Of a stretch of 64,000 nucleotides of DNA, positions 25,540 through 36,952 are shown piece by piece (the first letter of the stretch is position 1; each line of letters starts with the position of its first letter). The notes beneath the pieces were generated by a model. The model did not search any database and was not told the origin of the DNA. It was given only the letters and a program-made list of their open reading frames with translations. Source of the DNA: Octopus sinensis (taxonomy: Eukaryota); NCBI RefSeq assembly GCF_006345805.1, contig NC_043001.1:40362001-40426000 (forward strand), given 5' to 3'. Both the position numbers and the translations under genes were made by a program.

Positions 25540-25736
25540 CTGAAGAGGAACAATAAGCTTCAGTCAAATATACCCCTTAAGTAGCGGCGAATGAAAAAAA
25601 AAAAAGTAAAATAAAGAACAAAAAAAAAAGTATGGTAGTGATGCGTGCGACATTCTGGCGAGGAGCATGAGGCTTAACCGCTCCGTACCGAACCAGGGAA
25701 CACCCACACCTCTACAGAACCAACCAACATACATAC

Positions 25737-25760
25737 CACACCACTTTCCATGTGTTTCAG
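25737..25760 (-). CDS. Candidate 24-nt frame-preserving microexon of the acidic protein gene (adds AETHGKWC)
   Basis: Acceptor tttctttgtattttcag and donor G|gtatgt; phase 1/1 fits between the flanking exons. Confidence 0.45.
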
Positions 25761-25831
25761 CTGAAAATACAAAGAAAAAAAGACATCCCTCTCCCAAAGC
25801 TCTTAAAGCAAAACGATAATGGCAAACTTAC

Positions 25832-26030
25832 CGTCTTCGTTCTCTTTCTCGTCGTTTTCTTTGTTGTTTGTCTCTTCTTTGTTATCATTACAATCCTCAG
25901 CTCCAGATTCAGATTTGTCATTCGACTCAGAGTCATCCGGCTGTTCAGAACTGTTTACTTTGTCGGAATCATCTTTACCGTCTTTTTTATCTCCAGTCTT
26001 GCCATCTTCAGCATTCTTTTCGCTCTCCAC
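25832..26030 (-). CDS. Acidic disordered nuclear protein, coding exon 3
   Basis: Acceptor cctgtttcag, donor G|gtaagt; 199 nt encoding VESEKNAEDGKTGDKKDGKDDSDK...KENDEKENED. Confidence 0.9.
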
Positions 26031-26141
26031 CTGAAACAGGTAGCAATAAATATAACAATTCACAAACACCGTAACCCCCACAAAAATAATAAGGTGTATT
26101 TCAATAAATGTGAGAAAAATCAACGTAAAACCAAATCTTAC

Positions 26142-26208
26142 TTCAGGCTTTTTATCATCTACTTTCTTGACAACTGGAGTCTCAACTTCAGTCTCCTGGT
26201 CATTGGTC
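26142..26208 (-). CDS. Acidic disordered nuclear protein, coding exon 2
   Basis: Acceptor tactttattcag, donor |gtaaga; 67 nt, phase 2 to 0, encoding (K)TNDQETEVETPVVKKVDDKKPE. Confidence 0.88.
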
Positions 26209-27882
26209 CTGAATAAAGTAAAATACTATAAAATAAAATCTATTCTCTATAAAGATCGATGCATCGCTAATACTCAGTTGCTGCTCTTAGCCGTTAGAAA
26301 GGAAAATAAAACCCCTTTACCCACCACAGAAATTATGAAGTATTTAATTCAATTACAAAGTGAAAAATCCGAATAATCTCAGATTCAAAATTAAATTTCT
26401 CTACAAAGCAAAACAAGCTTTGTTAGAGAAAGAAAACCGATCTAAATACAACGGCACCCTAGCCTAGCCGTTTCCTCTAACGAAACAGCAACACACTTGT
26501 ATGTTTGGCATTCTTTATTATAAACAAAACAAGCGAACAAACGGAACGAGGAAAAGAAATGTGTTAGTTAAGTAGTCAACTATTTCGGCGGCGGAGGCGG
26601 GTAAAACTAGAGATAAAAATTTGCCGGTAATAGAAGAGGTGGGGGGAGAACAGAAAGGAAAGAGTCAGTGGAAGTTGGAGGCAAGTGGTAGCGGCGGACA
26701 GGACCATTGCTTTGTGCAGATTGGAGAAGCTTTCAGCACCAGTCAATACAAAGTCAACGGTTGACTAAAGCCTCCTTACACAGCCTTCTCCTTATTTCTT
26801 TAGCCGAACTTTTTTTTTCAACACTCCCTGTCCCCTAACCTTATCCCAAGCAGATCCCCTCCTCCGCGCTGCTCTAACCCTCTCAATCGATCAGGACAGA
26901 GACGGACACTGTTTCAACACAGAGAAACGGTTCGACTCACCTACAAAGTTAAAAGGTGGTCGGGGCTTCAGGGAAACCATAGAAATGACAAAGCCGCATC
27001 TATCATTCATAGAAAAGCCACGTCGTTAACTGGAGCCAAAGAAAGAAAAAAAGAGGAAACCTGGAAATAACCATGGGGGACACACAGGTTAACCGGACAA
27101 AGACTTGGCTAGCATGGCAATCTTAACAGGGGAACGTGGAACGAAAATTAGTTTTCATTAAAAAAAAAAAGGGACCGTATATAATACTATATGTTAGCAC
27201 GCATTAATTCATATAAAAAATCAGATATCCACGGAAATTCCTCAAAATTTTTTTTAAAAATTGACTGAAGATTACCCCAAATTATATCCAAAGTTAATTG
27301 TAGGAATTTAGAGAAAAATGTAGGCGAAATATTTAAATTACATGACAAATTTATAGCAAGAGTTTTTACTTAGCCGCAGAACAAAAGAACCACCAACAAA
27401 TACTAACAACAAAAGTCAGGTATAAGATATTTAAGTTTTGGAAGACAACCTAGCGGGGAAACATTTCTTTTCATAAACCATTTAAATAATCATTTAAGAA
27501 TATATAGAAATATCATTTTTATAATAGGTAAATTTGCGCTTTTATCTCGTTCATTTTAAGAGAAATACACGGCAACGGCTAAGAAAAAGATCTGGAAAAT
27601 TAGCAAACTGATTTTCATTAATAACTTATGCTTCATGAAAATACAATTCCATTAATAAATCTTTATTATAGCACAATTCATTTAGATAGTAGTGATTTAG
27701 TGAAATAATAAAGATTTTAAATTCATAGAACAAATGGAGTCGACCATCATGGAAAAAAATAAAATTTACAATGGTATTTCAGAAAAATTGATATAAGTAA
27801 AAAAATGTTACACTAGAAAACAGAATAGTGTAATAATTTCATTGAAGTTTAGAGGAAAGGAAAAAATGAAAAATTTTCTTAC

Positions 27883-27896
27883 TTTGTGTCTGGCAT
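27883..27896 (-). CDS. Acidic disordered nuclear protein, coding exon 1 (MPDTK)
   Basis: aaatATGCCAGACACAAA|gtaaga; phase 2 matches exon 2. Four exons total 396 nt = 131 aa plus stop. Confidence 0.8.
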
Positions 27897-28130
27897 ATTT
27901 GTTGTATTGAGTGTGATTTCCCTAAGTAAAAATAAGAACGGAAAGCAAAATGCCGGCGAGATGTGAGAGAAGCTACTGATCTCACTGAAAGCAGACGATC
28001 GACTAGATTTGGCACAGCTTCCCGCCAACCGTAGCTGCCCGTGCCGGCCCCGTTCCTACTCGACGTTCATTGGCTGCTGTTTTCCACACGCAGGTGGCGG
28101 CACAAACAAGCATCGGTCACGTGCACAACT
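27897..28130. promoter_or_regulatory. CpG-rich bidirectional promoter and 5' UTRs shared by the acidic-protein gene (-) and COMMD9 (+)
   Basis: 234 bp between divergent ATGs; Inr-like TTCAGTG/ATCAGTA on - strand (27974-27989), E2F-type TTCCCGCCAA (28019-28028), CCAAT on - strand (28069-28073), E-box CACGTG (28118-28123). Confidence 0.8.
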
Positions 28131-28178
28131 ATGGCGACCACCAATCTACATTTCGAGGACTTGAAAATCTTACTACAG
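28131..28178 (+). CDS. COMMD9: COMM domain-containing protein 9, exon 1
   Basis: ATG...MATTNLHFEDLKILLQ|gt; resembles the human COMMD9 N-terminus (recalled as MAALTAEHFAALQSLLK); phase 0. Confidence 0.88.
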
Positions 28179-29569
28179 GTTTCCTCGATTATTTTTTTCA
28201 CTATTTTTTTTTCTAAATCCATACTAAAGATCCTCCATTTTACATACCGCATATTTTCCTTCGCAGCTATTTTTATAAATTTCCTGTTTGAATGCAATGC
28301 TTCCCCGATTTTAGTAACTTACTTTCATTCAAACTTTCGGATACGTTTCAAGTTTAATTTATATCAATAACATTTCTCAGTAAATTCCTTTCAATAAATA
28401 TGTAAAGAAATAAAATTATTAGTATCTTTTATTAGTCTTCGTTAACCAAGACAAATTAAAACTTCAATAAATAATTTAATAAAGATTCGGTCTCGCACCT
28501 GAATCCAGTATTCAAAGTTAGGCCTACTACTAATTGTGAGATAGACTAAATTATTAAATACAAATTAAGAAATCCTCGTTATTATTTTTTAACAGTAGTA
28601 GTAGTAACAGTATGAATTTAGAATGTTTATAACTTTAACAAGTAAAATAAAAAGTACTGCAAAGAATGTTATTCTTGAATTACGGCATGATTTTTGTGAC
28701 ACACCCACTTCTGATAGATAACCACCGCTGTTTAATATAGAATTAAATGTGTTCAATTCAATGGGTTTAAATTTAATTCATTCAAAACAACTCGGATTTT
28801 GAAAACAAACAATTCTCTTTGGGTATTTGGGGTAAAATAAATTATCCTTGTTCCGTATGAGTCTTGAGATCAGTGACATGTTCCAGTAGAAGTTTGATAT
28901 TTTTTCGACCCTTTTAGTAATAAGCTGAGTTTGATAGAATGACAGATTCAGATTTGCATACCTGTCCAACCCATTAGAAAACATGTAGCCAAAGAAAAAA
29001 AAAATCCAACTGTATAAACTTGATAGTGGCTAGTATTAAGATGTTAGTAATTCCAGTTACGAAAAACTAGATGAAGAAAACTAACAACTTAAAAGAGCAG
29101 CAGAAACCTTCAATTGTAGATCTTGCCAAATCAATAGCTGAAGATGCTTTTATTATTGTTTACTCATAACAGCTTATTGAGAAACGTGTAGCATTTGCGA
29201 AAAAAAATATTAGCATATTCTAATCAAGATATCTCGTATATGAGGTGCAGTTGTGTTGATGTGATTTCTATAAGTATTTTAATCCTCTAATGAAAATGAA
29301 TATATGAGGACTGAATTATATATATATTGAAGTTCCTTTTTATGAAGTTAAAAGGGCTGCTTTGCGGACTTTTTCAGCATCTAATTTTCATGTATAGTTG
29401 TTTATAGTATCAATTCTGTGACATTGTAAAATGGTATTTTCAAATAATAACACACTTGTTTGCAAATTTTTTTTTCTTTTACTTTCGATTAATCTATCCG
29501 TCTCCTTTAGCCCCAAATTTACAGTATGCTTATCTAAGATTTATCCTTAATGGTTTTTCATGAACATTA

Positions 29570-31260
29570 ACCAGTGATGTAACAGCATCGCTATAAAGCT
29601 CCTAAAGTACACCAAAATAACAGTAAGGTCAATGATTGAAATAATACAGAAAGGTAAGACAAGACAAATAGCTTCTCAGAAGAGAGACCAGAAATGTAAT
29701 GACAAAATGCAGATAGCTATAATGCTTTGGGACAACATGAGAGAAAGTTAGAATGGAGTAAAACTGTTAGTAAGAAACTAAGAATGGACTGTCACTGAAA
29801 CACTATGAATGGTTGAAAGTGTTGTTGGACAGGGTAGAGATTTCAGGAAAGTCTAAAAGAAGTTTCCTTAAGGTTGGAAACTATTGATCAACATTCTAGA
29901 AGCCAGTAAGAAGAAAGGAGTTTTTACCAAGAGCTGTATTCATCTAATCAACAGACGAAGGATGAAACTGTACATAAAATTGCAGATATTCTACAAGTAG
30001 CCATAAAAGGAGTTGAAAATGCTATCACTACCAGGAAGAAAGGCAAAGCTCCAGGCACAGATAACATCATTATCCTTCTTTGAGATATCTGAGAATTAAT
30101 CCTTAAAAAATAAGCCAACTTTTCTATGACCCGACTGAAACAAGAAAAATACTGAATAAATGAAACAATACCATCACAATCCTGCTTCACAGGAAGTACA
30201 ATGCAAAAGACACTACCAAATTTTAGCCCTATCACCTCTATAAAATGTATCACTGATAGAATTAAAACTCTTGACAAAAATCAACCACGAGAACATGCAG
30301 GCTTCAGTAAAGGCTATTCCTTTCTTGGCTACAAATAGGCCTTTGACTCAGTAGAAATTGAACTAATCATTATAGCCCTCAAACAACAAAAAATTTACAA
30401 TGATTCTAATCATTCATATGATTACTCAAATCTGAACTACTCCAGTTGGAGAAAGGAGTCTAACAAGATGATACAATCTAATCAAGAATCTTTACAGCAT
30501 GTCTAGAATAAGGTTTTTGCTAGCAAGGTTGTGAATTAGGATTGATGGAAATACCCATGTCATTTGAGGTTTGTCCATGATATCCTACTTTTTGTCAGCA
30601 GTCTGACTAATTGCATGTTGTACTGAATGATTTCAATAAGAGAAGCAGTCAGCTTCCTCATGAACTAGAGGAAAATTCAAGTGATGGCAAATGAAAAAGC
30701 AGACAAAGAAACCTAGGAATAAGTTTGAGTATAAGACCATTGAGCAATCTGCTCAATGGTCTTCTATTCAGTAGATGCATTAAAACCACTGGATAATGTC
30801 TGCTGAGGTCAGTGCAGCTGAGCAATGCTAGCCATGGATGAAGAGATCACAGTGAAGCGGCAGTCATTGGGTTGATCTCATACCATCCTTAAAAACAATA
30901 TTTCCTTGATTCTAAACAGAAGAATACATAATGAATATATATTATCAACAGCCATATACAGTTCAGAGACCTAGAATTAGATTAAAAAGAGACACTTTAT
31001 GTGTACCCTATGGCCAAATGCAATTAGTTCATGATCGACAGGAGAACAGCATAGTGTGTACGGAAGCAGGTGGGAACCCACAGCATTCTGAACGGTAAAG
31101 CAAGGTTAAATGGAACTAGGAAGGACAGATTGCAGATAGACCACTGGAAACTAGAAATGATGCCAAGGTCATCAATGGATCTGGTGATGAGATGATCTTA
31201 ACAAATTCAGACCAAGATGGTGGAAAGAAGCATAAGATGAGAGCATGCGACGTCTGGTAA
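29570..31260 (+). mobile_element. Heavily decayed RTE-clade LINE in COMMD9 intron 1
   Basis: Residual motifs KKGKAPGTDNI, NQPREHAGF, AFDSVE, KGV*QDDTI, HLRFVHDIL and YSSET*. Confidence 0.8.
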
Positions 31261-31499
31261 AGGATTATATAAGTAGAAATTGCTTAGAATAAGATACCTG
31301 ACGTAGAGAGGTGGGGGTCACTAAAATTAGTTGTTGAACCTATTTAATGTGAAAGTTTACATATGTATGCATACATCATCTTTTTTTTTCTTCATTCTGT
31401 CGTTAGATTGTGTAGTGGGTGGAGGGAGTTTATTATTTTATACTTTCTCTTGTGGCTCAGTCTGTCTATTACTATGTGTGTGGCTTCTGTAGTTTGTTT

Positions 31500-31700
31500 T
31501 ATGTGTTGATAGTATCTTAACTGAACCTCCATGTTCTAATTGAGAATGTTGGTAGACCACTGAAGAGCTTTCCTCTCTGAGCTTCTACCAGGGTTCACCT
31601 CTCTGCTCACCTGTGCTATGTGCTGTCTCCCCAATGTATGTTGTTACCCTGTTTCTGCACAAGTCCTTCAGTACATCTAATACTATAGACTACATTTCTT
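31500..31700 (-). mobile_element. Penelope-like GIY-YIG endonuclease remnant
   Basis: Minus strand reads CRNRVTTYIGETAH...SSVVYQHSQLEHG. Confidence 0.55.
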
Positions 31701-31732
31701 ATGTGTGTGTATGTATGGAAAGAGAGAGAAAG

Positions 31733-31960
31733 TATGTGGCTTAGTTTTTTGGGTGTTGCATTCATGATCTCAAGATCAAAGTTTCAATTCCCAGACTAGT
31801 GGTGCATTGTGTTCTTGAACAAAGCACTTCATTTTACATTGCTCTTGTTCACTCAGCTGTAGTTGGATATCTAGTGATGGACTGGCATTCTGTTCAAGGG
31901 GAATGTTGACCAGCCCACCTAGCTAACTAGATAGCATCATACAATTCAAGGAGACACGTT
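31733..31960 (+). mobile_element. tRNA-derived SINE, second family (related to 52259 and 63870)
   Basis: TGTGGCTTAG...GTTTCAATTCCC head followed by TTGTGTTCTTGA...TTGCTCT/CCAGTTCACTCAG shared with the other copies. Confidence 0.65.
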
Positions 31961-33001
31961 GTGACCAGCATTGTGTAACAACATCCAATAATCTAGTTGA
32001 TACAATGATACTCAATGTGACCGTGTGTGTACCGTTGGCGATTTTTTTCCTCTGTCTTCCCTTCTCTAGATCTTTCCTTCTATGTTTCTGACAAAGTGCT
32101 CCGCTCAAAACGTTAAACCCTCCTTCTTTCCTGAGCGTCCAATAATACTATATTTGTTCCACGTCCTCGCGTTGTTGTGTTTTTTTGTGCTTTCATGTTT
32201 GGATTAACTATATATATATATATATATATGTTTGTGTGTATGATCATTTAACAATCCATTTTCCATATTGACATTAGTTGGTCAGTTTGAAAGAATCTAA
32301 TGAGTCTAGAGAACAGTGTCATGCACCAATGGCAGCTTTGGCATGGTTTTCTATACCTGGATACCCTTCCTAATGCCAATTACTTTACAGAATACTGAGT
32401 TTTTTTGTGTGTGTGTGTGTGTGTGACATCAGCACTAAAAAAATTCTTTTGTAATATGTGGGAGTCACATTATGTTAGGTGTTGGGCTGTTGAAGCTTGA
32501 TTGAAGAGACAAGAACAAGTTTCTTCCAGTATCTCAAAAGATGATCACTAGAGTTTATCAGGGTTCAATATGTGTCTACTTTATGTATGATCCCTAGATT
32601 GCCATTTTAGATCAATACTGCTTCCATCACTAATAACAAAATTTGATTCAACTTTCCTGCTAATTGTGACATCAGTGATTGAAAAATCACTGTTTTCCTA
32701 TATCAGTAGTGGCTAATTTTATCTTACCATATTGTTATTAGAGGATACTGAAGTTGTTACTGAAGTGGGAGAAATACATATTTAACAATGCCACTACTGC
32801 TACTGATATTTTTCTGTGTTTCTTAACACTATGCATTTATAAAACAATACTACAGTTTAGCAAACTTTCAACAATGTGACTACTTTAAGTACAATACACA
32901 GATTGCTCTTTTGAACTAATACTGTTCTGTTTCCATCACTCAGAACAAATATATATGTACTTGTATGTGTGTGTGTATATATATATATATGTATGTGTGT
33001 G

Positions 33002-33036
<35 letters not shown>

Positions 33037-33039
33037 ATA

Positions 33040-33390
33040 GGCACAGGCGTGGCTGTATGGTAAGAAACTTGCTTCCCAACCACATGGTTTTGGGTTCAGT
33101 CATACTGTATGGCACCTTGAGCAAGTGTCTTGAACTATAGCCTCAGGCCAGCCAAAACCATGTGAGTGGATTTGGTAGACAGAAACTGAAAGAAACCTGT
33201 TGTGTGTGTGTGTATTTGTCTCCCCCCCATCACTTCACAGCAGATATTGGTGTGTTTACATCTCGTAACTTAGCGGTTCAGCAAAAGAGACCAAAAGGGT
33301 AAGTACTGGGCTTACAAAAAATAAATCCTGGGCTTGATTTCTTCAACTAAAACCCTTTAGTCAAATGACTGAAACAAGTAAAAGAATATA
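33040..33390 (+). mobile_element. tRNA-derived CORE-like SINE
   Basis: GGCGTGGCTGTATGGTAAG...GGGTTCAGTC...GGCACCTTGAGCAAGTGTCTT; tail GTCAAATGACTGAAACAAGTAAAAG. Confidence 0.88.
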
Positions 33391-33396
33391 TATACA

Positions 33397-33750
33397 GGTG
33401 CAGGAGTGGCTGTGTGGTAAGTAGCTTGCTTACCAAGCACATCGTTCCAGGTTCAGTCCCACTGTGTGGCACCTTGGGCAAGTGTCTTCTGACCAAAGCC
33501 TTGTGAGTGAATTTGGTTGATGGAAACTGAAAGAAGCCCATCATATATATATATATGTTTGTGTGTCTGTACAACATCGCTTGACAACCGATGCTGATGT
33601 GTTTATGTCCACGTAACTTAGCAGTTCAGCAAAAGAGACTGATAGAATAAGTACTAAGCTTACAAAGAATAAGTCCTGGGGTCGATTTGCTCGACTAAAG
33701 GCAGTGCTCCAGTGTGGCCACAGTCTAATGATTGAAACAAATAAAAGAAA
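33397..33750 (+). mobile_element. tRNA-derived CORE-like SINE, tandem neighbour
   Basis: Same head, internal microsatellite and tail as the preceding copy. Confidence 0.88.
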
Positions 33751-34351
33751 AATATATATAATCATCATCATCATTTGATATCTGTTTTTTATGCTGACAT
33801 GGGTTGGATGGTTTGACCACAGCTGGAGAGCTGTACCAGGTTCCAGTCTGATTGGCTTGGTTTCTAAGGCTGGATGCCCTTCTTGTCACCAACACTCACC
33901 TGTTTCCAAGCAATGTAATATTTTTTCATGGCCAGGCATGTTTTTGCAGAATATTGGAAATGTGTGACACTTTTTGTGTGACTGGGATACTCATTTACAA
34001 TTATCACAAGATGAGATGCTAACACACATCCATATATAGATAGTAGAAGACACTTGCCTAAAACGCTACACTGGGGCTGAACCCAGAAGCTTTTTGCTGA
34101 GAAGCCAACTTCTTACCACAGCTACACCTACACTTGTATACATATGTGTGTGTGTGTATGTGCATATATTTCATGTTACACGAAGAAGCAGTGTACTGGA
34201 GTCAAATATAACAAAATTGCTTTAAATCATTGTTGGAGTATCTGCATAAGTGGAGCCTGGAGTGGCTAGTTTGTGCTTGCATCAAGTTGTATAAGTTGTA
34301 ATAATGAAGTCAAACCAAATAGTGATAGTTTGAAATAATTAAATATATACA

Positions 34352-34639
34352 TTTCAGGTTTGTGTAATATATAATAGGAAATGCATAAATTACATAAGGC
34401 CTTCGTCAGTTAAAACATTTCAAAATATGAACCAGTTGATGGAAATATTTCAATGTATATGGTCAGAGAGTACTCTCTTTCTATTACATATTTGTCCTCC
34501 TAACTTTGTTGCTGACTCATTGCTCTTACCAAATATAGTGAAATATTTCCATCAACTGGCTTATATTTTAAAATGTTTTGACCAAGGAAGGTCTTAAACT
34601 ATGGCTACATTTCCTATTGCATATTGCACAGACCTGAAA
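34352..34639. mobile_element. MITE-like inverted repeat (~120-bp arms)
   Basis: 34352-34470 pairs with 34520-34639; perfect 21-bp core CCAGTTGATGGAAATATTTCA (34432-34452) / TGAAATATTTCCATCAACTGG (34539-34559). Confidence 0.75.
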
Positions 34640-36952
34640 CATCATCATTTAATGTCTGTTTCCCATGCTGGCATGAGTTGGACAGTTTGACAGGAGCTTG
34701 CCAGCTGAAGAGCTATCTAGCGTCCATGTTTGTTTTGGCATAGTTTCTACAGCTGGATGTCCTTCTTCACACCAATGACTTTACTGAATGTACTGGGTGC
34801 TTTTATGTGGCACTTGTACTCATGAGCCCACAAGATTAGTATCACTCAGCTGAAGAGGGATGTAGGGGACATGCCTACCTGTAAGGAAGGACAGTCACAA
34901 TTTTACTTAGTTTTCTGGTTTAAATATTAGCTTCTATTTTTCTGTAATAATAACATGGGTGGTATGTTTTTGCAATTGGTTTCTTCCTAATATCAATTAT
35001 TGTTTATATTAAGCCTTTCATATTCCTGTTGCAATTTAATAAGTACACTCTAAGGTGGTTTTTAATGCTCTTAGTGACTTGGATATGGAATGTGTTGTTA
35101 TATTTAACCTTGGCCATTTACTTATAAAACGAAAATGTTATGTATCTAGTGTGAGGCAAATAGAAAAATGTCACTTTATTCAAGTCATGAAACAATAGAC
35201 AATTTATATCTGTACTTAGTGGTTCCTCTCTGTGCTACATTCAGTATTATCTCATACTTACTATTGGTTAAAATGAAATATCAAATGTTTGTTGAATACT
35301 TTTGAGATTGTGTAAAAATCTAACACATATTAATATCGAATGTATATGTATTTTACTAAACATTAGATAATATATCTTAAATATAAAAAGAAACTGTCTG
35401 CTTGTGTGTGAAGGCATGTGGGTCCATTTTTTGTGGCTCATCAGAGAAACATGTTTTAAACTTGGTCTAAAGCAATATCTAAATGCAGAGTAGCATAGAA
35501 TTTTGGTTTTGGCATCATAATTTAAAAGATATGAAAATAAAACTATTTACAAAAGTATAGTTTTCATATTTTACAGAAATAATTCAAAAGGTAGATCCTG
35601 TGAATATGCCTCTTTTCTAGATTTTTAATGCTTTAGTTAGAGAAGAAAGAGCTGTATCTACAACCATTTTCAAAATCTCCAAGACTATTGTGTGGAAATT
35701 ATTCTCAGACTAGAGACTTGGCCTGATTACTTGCAGTGAAGAAGACTCTGCATAAAGGCATCCATGGGCCCAGTTCTGTTGTTTGGCTGAATAACAAACT
35801 AGATTCATCACCCCAAACAAGAACAGTCACTTTGATGGGCTTCCACATGACCTAGCAAATTCTATTCAAGGCTTTTGTCAACCTGACTCCATGGTAGGAG
35901 ACAATTGCTCAAGGTGTTATACACTGGAATCAACATCCACAATTTTTTATCATACTATAACTGGCAGTAAACTACCTACTGAATTTTGAAAACAAAACTC
36001 ACTTGCATAATTCTTTTTATTTATATTTTGCAAAGTTAATCCATTTCACTACCACCATCAACCCAAAAGAAAAGAAACAAATTTGTTACATATATATGAT
36101 GTTCTCCACAATGCATATATCTGATTCTTTTTAAATTATTCAGTGGATTTCTTACTTTCATTACTTATTTTTGTCATAGCTTCAACATAAATGTCTTCAC
36201 TGAATTTTTTTACAAGCTTTCGTTACTTATATCACTAATACCATCAACAAAGAGCTTTAAAATGTAGTTATCAAATCTCTAGAATCTAAACTAATCTAAT
36301 AGTCTAGTATGTTCTATATCCACAGTGCAGAACTTGTGGGTTACTACTAAACATTTACTTGATTAACTCTGTGCCAGCTGAGCACAGGTGATTGGAGCTA
36401 CACAATAGGATATATCAAATGACTTGCGAATGTCAGTTTATATTTCTAGCAAATAATTCTCTTTGTCAGATAGTGTAACAATAGCTTAATCCTATCAGTG
36501 AATTGATTTGAAAAGTAAGAGAAGCAAATTTTAAAGGCCAAGAAAAAAATTAAGAAATTTGTGGAAAATAAACAGAAAGTAGTGATATTTCGCAAACATT
36601 TGTTATGTAAACAAGAAGGCTTGCTTTTGATTTTGGTGTTTTTAGATATGTATGAGATAATAAAAAAAACAACTTTTTTTTAGAAAAATGTCATCTCTGA
36701 GCGCTACTTCAACCTCCTTATACTATATTCTCTATGCACAAAGTTACTATGTATGTCCCCATTGTGTTCACCATATATTTTGTGTATATGTCTAATCTCT
36801 GTTTAGTGGTATAATGCAGCATATGAATATAAACATCATGCTAAAATACAAAAGTAATTCAACACATGTATTATGTGAAGTAGTTTAAACTTGGAGTTAA
36901 AACAAAGCTTCAAATTTCAACAATGAAAACTAATGAAAGATGACCTTATATA

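Noticed and set aside
25752-26216. 154-aa plus-strand hydrophobic ORF
   Set aside because: Antisense shadow of the D/E/K-rich minus-strand exons, which have consistent splice sites and phases.
33040-33115. tRNA-like A/B-box sequences (also at 7200-7270, 33397, 52259)
   Set aside because: These are SINE heads continuing into repeat bodies, with no intact cloverleaf or acceptor stem.
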